The translations under genes were made by a program, and so were the position numbers. Source: [Ruminococcus] torques (lineage in GTDB: Bacteria; Bacillota; Clostridia; Oscillospirales; Acutalibacteraceae). Taken from it: 55,706 bases of DNA. The DNA is taken from positions 1 through 55,706 of the forward strand of contig CAVGLE010000001.1 of the NCBI GenBank assembly GCA_963630035.1, in the 5' to 3' direction. Shown here one piece after another: positions 9,439-18,224 of the stretch. Under the pieces are notes generated by a model that worked only from the letters and a program-made list of their open reading frames with translations, did not search any database and was not told the origin of the DNA. The number at the start of each line of letters is the position of its first letter. The first letter of the stretch is position 1.

Positions 9439-10197
9439 ATGAAAAACGAAAATAAACAGACAAATGATAATCTTATTATCGGCAGAAATGCCGTTATCGA
9501 ACTACTGAAAAGCGACAGAGAGGTTGAAAATGTTTTAATCGCAAAGGGCGAACATGAAGGCTCAGTCAACCGAATCATTGCAATGTGCAAGGAAAAAAAG
9601 ATTGTGATGAAAAATGTCGACCGCAAAAAGCTTGATTTTATGTGTGCGGGTGCAAACCATCAGGGCGTTGCGGCAAATGTTCCGGCACACGAGTATTCAA
9701 CAGTAGACGATATTTTAAAAATCGCCGAGGACAGAGGCGAGCCGCCTTTTATCATTATTTGCGATGAGATTGAGGACAGCCACAATCTCGGCGCAATTAT
9801 CAGAACCGCCGAGGCGTGCGGCGTTCACGGAATAATCATTCCGAAACGCAGAAATGTCGGACTCAATTTTATTGTTGCGAAAACCTCGTGCGGCGCGCTT
9901 GAATATATGCCTGTTGCAAGGGTGACAAACCTTGCCTCGACTGTCGACGATTTGAAAAAGAAAAACATTTGGGTTTATGCCGCGGATATGGACGGTCAGC
10001 GTTGGGACAAAACCGATTTCGGCGGCGGCGCGGCGCTTGTTGTCGGCAGCGAGGGCAACGGTGTCGGCAGACTTATCAAGGAAAAATGCGATGTTACAGT
10101 CAGCCTGCCGATGCTCGGCAAGGTCAATTCCTTAAACGCCTCCGTTGCGGCAGGCATAATTATGTATGAAATTGCAAGACAACGACTTGACAAGTAA
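9439..10197 (+). CDS. rlmB: 23S rRNA (G2251) 2'-O-methyltransferase, SpoU family
   Basis: IGRNAV.E, NHQGV, HNLGAIIRTA, GSEGNG, SLNASVA. Confidence 0.92.
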   Translation: MKNENKQTNDNLIIGRNAVIELLKSDREVENVLIAKGEHEGSVNRIIAMCKEKKIVMKNVDRKKLDFMCAGANHQGVAANVPAHEYSTVDDILKIAEDRGEPPFIIICDEIEDSHNLGAIIRTAEACGVHGIIIPKRRNVGLNFIVAKTSCGALEYMPVARVTNLASTVDDLKKKNIWVYAADMDGQRWDKTDFGGGAALVVGSEGNGVGRLIKEKCDVTVSLPMLGKVNSLNASVAAGIIMYEIARQRLDK

Positions 10198-10205
10198 TTT
10201 TGTGA

Positions 10206-12677
10206 GTGAATTTTATGAGCGAGAATTTATCTATCGACGAAATAATTAAACGCGCGGAAAAAATCAAGGCCGAGGCGGACAGACAGCTTGAGGCGGCGTC
10301 AAAAACGCTTGACGAAAAGGCAAAAAACGCAATCGACGAGGTAACGGTTGACGAAAAAGAGGTTGCGCGAAAAATTGCCGAGGCAGCCGCCAAGCCGACA
10401 GCGGACGAGGATATAAAAGAGTATGTTCCGCCAAAAAAGCAAACGCCCTCGGTCGAAAAAACCCAAGAAGTCAGTCTCCCGAAAAAGCGTGGAAAATCAG
10501 AGGGCAGAATACACTTTGACTCCTCAAAAACAAAACCGATTGCGCTTGATGACGACAGCGATATGAAAATTGCCGACGGTGATATGAAAATCGCATCGGC
10601 AGTCAAAAAAAGCAAAAATCCTTTTACGAAAAAGGAAAAGCAGTCGTCCGATATTTCAAAAACACGCCGCGTTGCATTTGTTTCAAATGCTCAAAAGGAT
10701 GAAAAAACAGACCTTGAGGGCATCCCCACCATCGTCGCAAAGGACAAGGTGTTTGACGATGAGCCGGAGTTCACGGGCGAGGAAATCGGCGTTCAAATCA
10801 CATTTGACGGATTTGACGATAAAATCGAGTCTGTTCCGACAATCGACGAAGAGGTTGCGGAGCAGATTTTGGAGCAACGCCGTCAGGAAAAGGTCGGCAA
10901 GTTCCGTCTTTTCGGCCCGGATGAAACAGACAAAAATCTCGGCAATTCCGAAATTCCGGGCGGCGATTATGTCAGCAAGTCGGAAAGGGAGTCTTTTATT
11001 CAAAGCCTGCTTGACAAAAGGGTTGCCGTTAAATCAAAAATTATTGCAACCTCTGTTTTAGGTGCAATTCTTTTGTTTTTGACCTTTTTTGTCAATTCGT
11101 CAGTGTTCCCGACATTCCTGTTGCCCCCTGGCAAGGCGTATTTTATAACCTGTTTTGTGGTTTTTGCGGCAACGATTGCGGCAAATTTCAATGTTATTGT
11201 TCACGGCTTTAATTTCAAACGCGGAATTAACAGCGATTTCCCGATTGCCGTTTCCGCAATTTTGATTGCGGCACATATTGCGCTGATGATTGAGTTTGAT
11301 GATATTTGGTACGAAAGTCATATGATGACGGGTGCGTTCGGCGCACTTGCGTTGCTCGCCTCGCAGTGTGCAAAATACAAAATGCTTTCGCGAATTGTTG
11401 ACGATTTTGAATTTGTTTCCGACGACGGCGACAAATATACGGTTGAAAATATCACAAACAATGTCGATTCCGAAATTATAGCAAGGGAGTTTATTCCTGC
11501 CGATTCAACAATTCAAACAAGTGTTAAAGCCGATTTTCCAACCAATTTTTTGGAAATCGAGTGTAAAAAAGAACCTGCCGACAAAATCAGCGCGATTTTA
11601 TTCGGTGTGGTGCTTTTACTCAGCGGTGCTCTGTTTGTCTGTATGTTCATTAAATACAATAAAGAGCTTGCGCTCAACACGGCATTCACCGCGCTTTGCG
11701 TTTCGCTCCCCGTTTCAACCGCATTTTTAACAAATCTTATGATAGGCGATGTTTCGTCCGCGCTTGATATTTACGGCTCGCGTGTTTGCGGTTATGAGGG
11801 CGCGCTTATGGCGGACACTGCCGACGCCATTGTTATGGAGGCAGCCGATTTGTTCGGCAAGGACAGCTGCGACATTCTCGGCATAAAAACTTTCAACGGT
11901 GCAAAGGTTGATGACGCCATTATTCAGGCGGCGGCTGTTATGATTCAAACAAAAAGTCCGCTCGCTGATGTTTTTGATGATGTTATTATCGGAAAGCAGT
12001 CGATTTTGCCGACCGTCGAGGATATTACATATGAGGACAAAATGGGCACTTCGGCGTGGATATACAAGCGCAAGGTGCTTGTCGGCAACAGAGATTTGCT
12101 TATCCGTCACGGTGTAAATGTCCCAAAAGAAAGCTATGAAAAGCGATATACCGTTAAAAACAGAAAGGCGCTTTATCTCGCCGTGGGCGGCAAAGTTTGC
12201 GCAATGTTTGTTGTGTCGTACAGTGCCGACGCGGATTTAAAGCGCGAGCTTAAAAAGCTTGAAAAAAGCGGCGTTACAATCATTTTGAAAACGGGCGACC
12301 CGTATATTAACGAGGAGAGCGTGGCAAAACTTTTTGATTTGCCCGAGGGATTTATTCGCGTTATGAATTATTCCGCCGCAAGAGTTTATGAAAAGTATTC
12401 AAACCTTGAGGTTGAAAAATCTCCTGCATACATTGTTCACAACGGCACCGCCGTTGGCTTTGTTTCGGCAATGCACGGAGCAAAGGTTATGACCGGCACA
12501 AAAAGTCTGATTGCGTTTCTTGTCGCTTTCGGCAGTGTAATCGGCTTCGGCGCGGTTGCAATGCTTGCGTTCCTTGGAGCGTTCAGCCAAATAAACATAT
12601 CGTCGGTGATGATTTTTCAGGTCGTTTGGACGGCGTTTGTCGCCCTTGTAAGCAAATTTAAAAGCTATACAGTATAA
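10206..12677 (+). CDS. Polytopic membrane protein resembling a degenerate P1B-type ATPase (start may be ATG 10215)
   Basis: Charged N-terminal ~270 aa, eight hydrophobic segments, N/P-domain-like blocks (SPLADVF, KVLVGNRDLL, LYLAVGGK, LKTGD); no DKTGT, TGE, CPC or GDGxND. Confidence 0.7.
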   Translation: MNFMSENLSIDEIIKRAEKIKAEADRQLEAASKTLDEKAKNAIDEVTVDEKEVARKIAEAAAKPTADEDIKEYVPPKKQTPSVEKTQEVSLPKKRGKSEGRIHFDSSKTKPIALDDDSDMKIADGDMKIASAVKKSKNPFTKKEKQSSDISKTRRVAFVSNAQKDEKTDLEGIPTIVAKDKVFDDEPEFTGEEIGVQITFDGFDDKIESVPTIDEEVAEQILEQRRQEKVGKFRLFGPDETDKNLGNSEIPGGDYVSKSERESFIQSLLDKRVAVKSKIIATSVLGAILLFLTFFVNSSVFPTFLLPPGKAYFITCFVVFAATIAANFNVIVHGFNFKRGINSDFPIAVSAILIAAHIALMIEFDDIWYESHMMTGAFGALALLASQCAKYKMLSRIVDDFEFVSDDGDKYTVENITNNVDSEIIAREFIPADSTIQTSVKADFPTNFLEIECKKEPADKISAILFGVVLLLSGALFVCMFIKYNKELALNTAFTALCVSLPVSTAFLTNLMIGDVSSALDIYGSRVCGYEGALMADTADAIVMEAADLFGKDSCDILGIKTFNGAKVDDAIIQAAAVMIQTKSPLADVFDDVIIGKQSILPTVEDITYEDKMGTSAWIYKRKVLVGNRDLLIRHGVNVPKESYEKRYTVKNRKALYLAVGGKVCAMFVVSYSADADLKRELKKLEKSGVTIILKTGDPYINEESVAKLFDLPEGFIRVMNYSAARVYEKYSNLEVEKSPAYIVHNGTAVGFVSAMHGAKVMTGTKSLIAFLVAFGSVIGFGAVAMLAFLGAFSQINISSVMIFQVVWTAFVALVSKFKSYTV

Positions 12678-12687
12678 AAATTTTTGC

Positions 12688-12716
12688 TTGACAAAACAAA
12701 ATTTCTGCGTTAAAAT
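12688..12716 (+). promoter_or_regulatory. Sigma-A promoter upstream of the MFS gene
   Basis: TTGACA-N17-TAAAAT. Confidence 0.75.
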
Positions 12717-12733
12717 ACGCAATATCGAGTAGC

Positions 12734-12777
12734 AAAAAAGCGTAAGTCCGGATAAGGACTTGCGCTTTTTTATTTTT
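12734..12777 (+). terminator. Terminator hairpin between promoter and MFS start (possible attenuator)
   Basis: AAAAAAGCGTAAGTCC/GGACTTGCGCTTTTTT stem with one G-U pair, then T-run. Confidence 0.75.
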
Positions 12778-12791
12778 CACGGAGGTATTTT

Positions 12792-14039
12792 ATGAAAGAA
12801 AACAACAAATTGTGGAGCAAGAATTTTATATTAATTATAATCATTAATTTTCTTGTGTTTTTAAATCATTTGATGGTTTTGTCGGCGTTTCCGCTTTTCA
12901 TCACAAACAGCAAAGCGTTTGCCGAAATCGGCTCTGATACAATAGCGGGAGCATGCGCAACGGTGTTTTCGCTGATAGGTGTTGTGTGCCGTCCGTTTGT
13001 CGGCGTTATGCTTGACAACGGAAAACGCCGTTCGATTTTGATTGTCGGTTTGATTTTGATGGCACTTATGCCTATGGGCTATCTTTTTGCAAGCACTCTG
13101 CTTGTTTCAATTGCTCTTGCGATTGTTTGCCGAATGGCTCACGGTGTTGCGCTTGCTTTTTCAAACACAACAACCTCGACAATCGCAACGGATGTTATTC
13201 CGAAAACACGCTTCGGCGAGGGTATGGGCATGTTCGGTATGGCGACCGCGCTTGCAACGGCAATTGCGCCGTCAATCGGTCAGTTGCTTATGAAAAAAGC
13301 GTCGCAGGTCGGCGGAAAAACGATATACGATTTTAAATATCTTTTCATCGCCGCAACAGCGATTATGGTTTTGTCGCTTGTGCTTTTTGCATTTTTAAAA
13401 ACGCCGAAAATCAATGTTGAAAAAAAGCCGTTTTCATTTAAAAATCTTATTGATAGAGATGCACTCCCTGCGTCGCTCACGACGCTGATTTTTCTTATCA
13501 CATACGGCTCGCTCGAGAATTTTACAATCAAATTTGCAATGGAGAGCGACGATATTTCAATTTCGGGCGGCGTTTATTTTGCGCTTATGGCGGTTATGCT
13601 CTTTTTAACAAGAATATCAATCGGCAAAATTTCCGACAAAAAGGGCGAAAGCATCTTTGTTTATTCCTGCAACGGCGCAATGTTTGTTGCACTTATGCTT
13701 ATAGCCTTTGTGCCGTGCAATGTTTCGTTCATTATATCCGCACTGCTTTCGGGCTACGCTTTCGGCGGACTTGAGCCTGCGCTTCAGGCAATGGCTGTCA
13801 GCATTGCGCCGCCAAACAAAAGAGGTGCCGCAAACTCTACATTCCTTTGTGCTTATGATATAGGAATCGGCGTCGGCGGAGGACTTGCCGGCATGCTTAT
13901 TGATATGGTCGGATATAATCATATGTTCGCAATAATTGCGGTGGCAAATGTTTTGTCTGTCATAATTTATGTTCTTATCGGCAGACATCATCCGTCATCA
14001 ATTACATTCCGCCTTGAAAATGAGAGAAAAGGCAAATAA
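12792..14039 (+). CDS. Major facilitator superfamily transporter
   Basis: About 12 hydrophobic segments; motif A-like GVMLDNGKRR and GKISDKKG; GGAGG RBS. Confidence 0.9.
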   Translation: MKENNKLWSKNFILIIIINFLVFLNHLMVLSAFPLFITNSKAFAEIGSDTIAGACATVFSLIGVVCRPFVGVMLDNGKRRSILIVGLILMALMPMGYLFASTLLVSIALAIVCRMAHGVALAFSNTTTSTIATDVIPKTRFGEGMGMFGMATALATAIAPSIGQLLMKKASQVGGKTIYDFKYLFIAATAIMVLSLVLFAFLKTPKINVEKKPFSFKNLIDRDALPASLTTLIFLITYGSLENFTIKFAMESDDISISGGVYFALMAVMLFLTRISIGKISDKKGESIFVYSCNGAMFVALMLIAFVPCNVSFIISALLSGYAFGGLEPALQAMAVSIAPPNKRGAANSTFLCAYDIGIGVGGGLAGMLIDMVGYNHMFAIIAVANVLSVIIYVLIGRHHPSSITFRLENERKGK

Positions 14040-14049
14040 TTTTCAATAA

Positions 14050-14090
14050 TAAAAAATGCGACAGAGTATGCCCCTTCTGTCGCATTTTAT
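14050..14090. terminator. Bidirectional terminator between MFS and LCP genes
   Basis: AAAATGCGACAGA/TCTGTCGCATTTT between convergent genes. Confidence 0.8.
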
Positions 14091-14092
14091 CA

Positions 14093-15442
14093 TTATTTGT
14101 CCTTTTGCTCGGCTTTGATTTGCACGGGCGTTTTGTTGTAAATAAAATCTATAAGCTTTGCTTTGTTTTCGTCAACATCAATCGAAATGACGCTTGCTCC
14201 GTTGATTTTGGCATATTTCCATGTGCCCTCAAACGGAACCTTGTCCTGCACCATATCGGTTTTGATGCACTGCATGGCAGATATTGCAATTTTTTTAAGC
14301 TCTGATTTAGTAAAACTTGTTTCAATATACGGTGCGCTGTTGTAAACCATTTTGTAAAGTGTTGTCGGGCTTGCGCTTTTTGCACTTTTCATAATCGACT
14401 GAATAACCGTTCTTTGTCGCTTTGCACGCATAAAATCCGTGTCAATTTTTCTTATTCTGCAATAGGCAAGTGCCTGCTCGCCGGTGAGATTGTACTTCCC
14501 TGCTTTAAGAGTAACATTACCGTATCTCTTCGGGTGGTTTGTTACCTCTTTGGCTTCCTTTTCGGTTACCTCAACCTCAACGCCGCCGATGCTGTCAACA
14601 AGCACTTTGAACATTTCAAAATCGGTTACGACATAGCCGTCAATATCAACGCCGAAATTGTATTCTATCGTGTCGACAACGCCGCTGTATCCGCCGTATG
14701 TGCATGCGGCATTTAAGCGTTGCTTTTTGTCACGGCAGGGGATATATACCCAAGTGTCGCGCAAAAACGAAACTGTTTTTATGCATTTGTTTTTTGTGTC
14801 AACACTGACGAGCATCATTGAGTCGGCACGGCTTGACTCCTTGTCTTGATTTGCTCTTGCGTCAACGCCCAAAAGCAAAATGTTTTTAACAGCGTCGTCA
14901 TGCTTTAATTCGGCGGAGTTGACATATTTGTTTTCAGTCTTTTGGTCATAATTGATTCTGTCGAGCGTTTTGTTTACCATTCCGACTGCCGCAATGGCAA
15001 CAACAAGTATAATCGCAATGATTGCCGAAAAAATTGCACCTGCCTTATTGATTTTGTGCTTTTTCCCGTGCTTCGGCGGTTTGCTTTTCGGAGCTTTGCC
15101 TCTTTGCGGCCGCGGTGCGCTTTGATTTTGCCTTGATTGCCTGCGCTCCGGCTCGCTGTTGTATTTGTTGTAAGAATTATAATTGCTGTATTCGTTTTGA
15201 TTTTGCCTGTCGTATATCGGCGGCTGAGGCGGCCTTAAATCACCGTATCCGTTGCCGTTTTGTGTGTTGTAGCCGTCAGTTCCGTAAGGATAAGGATTTA
15301 CTTCGGCGCCTTTTTGCCTCGAATTAAAATTCAAATCCACACTTTCGCCGTAATAATTTTCGTCTGTCGGAACTGTCCTGTCCCTTTTATCATTGTTGAT
15401 TCTTCTGCTGGGATTAAAACCCTCGTTGTCGAATCTCGGCAT
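14093..15442 (-). CDS. LCP (LytR-CpsA-Psr) glycopolymer-peptidoglycan ligase
   Basis: Low-complexity N-terminus, one TM, NILLLGVD, RADSMML, SFLRDT, RLNAA, ALAYCRIR, DFMRAKRQR. Confidence 0.92.
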   Translation of the reverse strand: MPRFDNEGFNPSRRINNDKRDRTVPTDENYYGESVDLNFNSRQKGAEVNPYPYGTDGYNTQNGNGYGDLRPPQPPIYDRQNQNEYSNYNSYNKYNSEPERRQSRQNQSAPRPQRGKAPKSKPPKHGKKHKINKAGAIFSAIIAIILVVAIAAVGMVNKTLDRINYDQKTENKYVNSAELKHDDAVKNILLLGVDARANQDKESSRADSMMLVSVDTKNKCIKTVSFLRDTWVYIPCRDKKQRLNAACTYGGYSGVVDTIEYNFGVDIDGYVVTDFEMFKVLVDSIGGVEVEVTEKEAKEVTNHPKRYGNVTLKAGKYNLTGEQALAYCRIRKIDTDFMRAKRQRTVIQSIMKSAKSASPTTLYKMVYNSAPYIETSFTKSELKKIAISAMQCIKTDMVQDKVPFEGTWKYAKINGASVISIDVDENKAKLIDFIYNKTPVQIKAEQKDK

Positions 15443-15556
15443 ACAAATCGCCTCGCATTGTCATTATTTTAAACTGATTTTACAACATTAATTAAATCTT
15501 TTCAACAGTTTTGTAATAAATATTGATTTTGAAACGATTTTATTTTATTATATACT

Positions 15557-15887
15557 ATGACGAGTTGCCCAGACGGTTGCGCACATTGTGTGAGGAAAGT
15601 CCGAGCAGCACAGAGCAGAATAACGGCTAACGGCCGCCGAGGGTGACCTTAGGGAAAGTGCAACAGAGATATACCGCCCGTTTTCGGGTAAGGGTGGAAA
15701 GGCGGGGTAAGAGCCCACCGAGTCGATGGAGACACCGACTGCCATGTAAACCCTATTCGCTGCAACACCGACAGAGGAGCTGGTTGCTCGCCACATAACC
15801 TCGAAGGGTGGCTTGAGCGTGTTGGCAACAATGCGTCGAGATAGATAATCGTTTAATACAGAACTCGGCTTACGGTCAACTCGTCAT
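15557..15887 (+). ncRNA. rnpB: RNase P RNA, bacterial type A, compact
   Basis: P1 ATGACGAGTTG/CAACTCGTCAT; GAGGAAAGTCCGAGC; GGAAAGTGCAACAGA; GGGTAAGAGCCC; ACAGAACTCGGCTTA. Confidence 0.97.
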
Positions 15888-15917
15888 TTTATTTTATGTG
15901 AAAGGCTATGACTTTTT

Positions 15918-16760
15918 ATGCTTGTTAATATGCGCGATTTATTGGCGGATGCCGAAAAGGGCAATTACGCAGTCGGTTCGTTTTCGGTTGCTAATATGGA
16001 AATGGTGCTCGGTGCGGTGCAAGCCGCAGAGGAGCTCAATGCGCCGATAATTCTCCAAATTGCGGAAGTCAGATTAAAACAATCGCCGCTTGAAATAATA
16101 GGTCCGCTTATGGTTGCGGCGGCAAAATGCGCAAAGGTGCCGGTTGCCGTTCATTTCGACCACGGCAAAACGCTTGAAAAAATCAATCAGGCACTTGAAA
16201 TCGGATTTACTTCCGTTATGTTTGACGGCTCGCATCTTCCGCTTGACGAAAATATCGCAATGACAAACCGCGTTATCGAATCGGCAAAGAAATACGGCGC
16301 CGCTGTCGAGGCTGAAATCGGCTGTGTCGGCGGCAGTGAGGACGGCAGTGAAGATATTGCCATTAACTGCACAAAGCCCGAGGACGCTGTTAAGTTTGAA
16401 AGCGAAACGGGTGTTGACGCTCTCGCCGTTGCAATCGGCAATGCTCACGGCAATTACAAGGCAACGCCGAAGCTCCGCTTCGATATTCTCGAAACCGTTG
16501 ACAAAATGACAAAAACTCCGCTTGTTCTTCACGGCGGCACGGGTATTTCGCCCGATGATTTTGTCCGTTGCTCAAAAACGGGAATTAAAAAAATAAATAT
16601 TGCAACCGCAACATTCGACAGTGTTGAAAATTCCGTTTGCGATTGTTATAATAATCAAAGTATTAAAGGCTACTATGATTTGCAGGCAGCTGAGGTTGAG
16701 GGCGCTTATAACAATGTTAAACGCCATATTCTCATTTTCGGCACGCAAAACAAGGCTTGA
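15918..16760 (+). CDS. iolJ: Class II aldolase, probably 6-phospho-5-dehydro-2-deoxy-D-gluconate aldolase
   Basis: VHFDHG, SVMFDGS, EAEIG, IGNAHG, LVLHGGTG; directly upstream of iolC. Confidence 0.8.
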   Translation: MLVNMRDLLADAEKGNYAVGSFSVANMEMVLGAVQAAEELNAPIILQIAEVRLKQSPLEIIGPLMVAAAKCAKVPVAVHFDHGKTLEKINQALEIGFTSVMFDGSHLPLDENIAMTNRVIESAKKYGAAVEAEIGCVGGSEDGSEDIAINCTKPEDAVKFESETGVDALAVAIGNAHGNYKATPKLRFDILETVDKMTKTPLVLHGGTGISPDDFVRCSKTGIKKINIATATFDSVENSVCDCYNNQSIKGYYDLQAAEVEGAYNNVKRHILIFGTQNKA

Positions 16761-16779
16761 TATAAAAGGGGTATAATTT

Positions 16780-17799
16780 ATGCAAAACTATGTAACATTC
16801 GATATGTCAAAACCGCTCGACTTTATTCCGATCGGCCGTGTGGCTATTGACTTCAATCCAACCGATATGTATATGCCGCTCTCCGAGTCGTCAAACTTCA
16901 ACAAATATGTAGGCGGCTCACCGGCAAATATTGCCGTAGGTCTTGCAAGACTCGGCTGTAAAGTCGGTTTCCAAGGCTGTGTCAGCAATGACCAATTCGG
17001 CGATTTTGTTGTTAATTATTTTGACAAAGAGGGCATTGACACATCAAAAATCACAAGAGCAAAACACGGCGAGTGCCTCGGCTTGACATTTACCGAAATT
17101 CTTTCAAAGGAAAGTTCGTCAATCTTGATGTACAGAGATAATGTTGCCGATTTTTGTATGGCACCCGAGGATGTTCACGAGGATTATATCGCATCGGCAA
17201 AGGCAATCGTCATCAGCGGCACCGCGCTTGCGCAAAGTCCGTCGAGAGAGGCTTGCCTCAAAGCAATGATGCTTGCAAAGAAAAACAATACAAGAATTAT
17301 TTTTGATATTGATTATCGCGAATACACTTGGAAGAGCAAGGACGAAATCGCCGTTTATTACAGCCTCGTTGCTCAAAATGCAGATGTCATTATGGGCTCA
17401 CGCGAGGAATTTGATTTGACAGAGGGCATTGTCGGCGTTAAGTCCTCCGACAAGGAGTCGGCAGAATATTGGCAGTCATACGGTGCCGCAATCTGCGTAA
17501 TCAAGCACGGTAAGGAAGGCTCAACCGCCTATACAAATGACGGCAAGTTCTACACAATCAAGCCGTTCCCGGCTGTTAAGCTCAAGGGCTTCGGCGGCGG
17601 CGACGGATACGGTTCGTCATTCCTTTACAGCCTCCTTCAGGGCAAAGATATTATCGACTGCCTCGAGTTCGGCTCGGCGTCCGCATCAATTCTTATTTCG
17701 GCTCACTCCTGCTCGGATGCAATGCCGTCTGCCGCTCAGGTTGAGGAGTTCATCAAAAAGAGCAAAGAGGAATACGGCGAAATGGTCGCAAGAGCATAA
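16780..17799 (+). CDS. iolC: 5-dehydro-2-deoxygluconokinase (PfkB family)
   Basis: IGRVAID, YVGGSPANIAVG, FDIDYR, LKGFGGGDGY, HSCSDAMP. Confidence 0.92.
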   Translation: MQNYVTFDMSKPLDFIPIGRVAIDFNPTDMYMPLSESSNFNKYVGGSPANIAVGLARLGCKVGFQGCVSNDQFGDFVVNYFDKEGIDTSKITRAKHGECLGLTFTEILSKESSSILMYRDNVADFCMAPEDVHEDYIASAKAIVISGTALAQSPSREACLKAMMLAKKNNTRIIFDIDYREYTWKSKDEIAVYYSLVAQNADVIMGSREEFDLTEGIVGVKSSDKESAEYWQSYGAAICVIKHGKEGSTAYTNDGKFYTIKPFPAVKLKGFGGGDGYGSSFLYSLLQGKDIIDCLEFGSASASILISAHSCSDAMPSAAQVEEFIKKSKEEYGEMVARA

Positions 17800-17821
17800 T
17801 TCCAAAACATTTCAAAAAAAT

Positions 17822-17873
17822 AAAAAACCGCAGAGCGTTGCAAAAATGCAATATGCTCTGCGGTTTTTGTTTT
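17822..17873. terminator. Bidirectional terminator shared by iolC and the small minus-strand ORF
   Basis: AAAAAACCGCAGAGC...GCTCTGCGGTTTTT with A- and T-runs on the two flanks. Confidence 0.85.
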
Positions 17874-17881
17874 CTTTTTGT

Positions 17882-17965
17882 TTATTTGCCCTCTGTCGAA
17901 ATTGATACAAGAATGCTGTTGAATTTTACAAGGGCGTTGTCAATAATTTTAAAAATACCTTTCAT
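17882..17965 (-). CDS. Putative 27-aa amphipathic peptide MKGIFKIIDNALVKFNSILVSISTEGK
   Basis: Read manually; AAAGGCGG RBS 7 nt before ATG; stop just before the terminator; candidate promoter upstream. Confidence 0.6.
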   Translation of the reverse strand: MKGIFKIIDNALVKFNSILVSISTEGK

Positions 17966-18080
17966 AACGATACCGCCTTTCATGGTTGTGTGTTTTCTTT
18001 TAATAACAGTTTACCCGTTATTATATGAAATAACCACCGCTTTTGCTTTGCAATTTGAATATTTCCTAATTGCAAACTAA

Positions 18081-18135
18081 AGTTTACATTGAAATTTTAA
18101 ATTTTGCATTAACAAAAACCTTAAATATTCTTAAC
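18081..18135 (-). promoter_or_regulatory. OmpR-type direct-repeat box plus promoter facing the small peptide gene
   Basis: - strand GTTAAGAATATTTAAG, 10 nt, ATGCAA-N17-TAAACT. Confidence 0.55.
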
Positions 18136-18224
18136 TTTTTTTAAAATATGTGCATTAGCCGCAAAGATTTGGTATAATTAAAATGTTATTAAGGAAGGCG
18201 AAAATTTTAAACAGAGGTGATTTT

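Noticed and set aside
15548..15831. Two minus-strand ORFs (82 and 60 aa)
   Set aside because: Antisense shadows of the RNase P RNA gene
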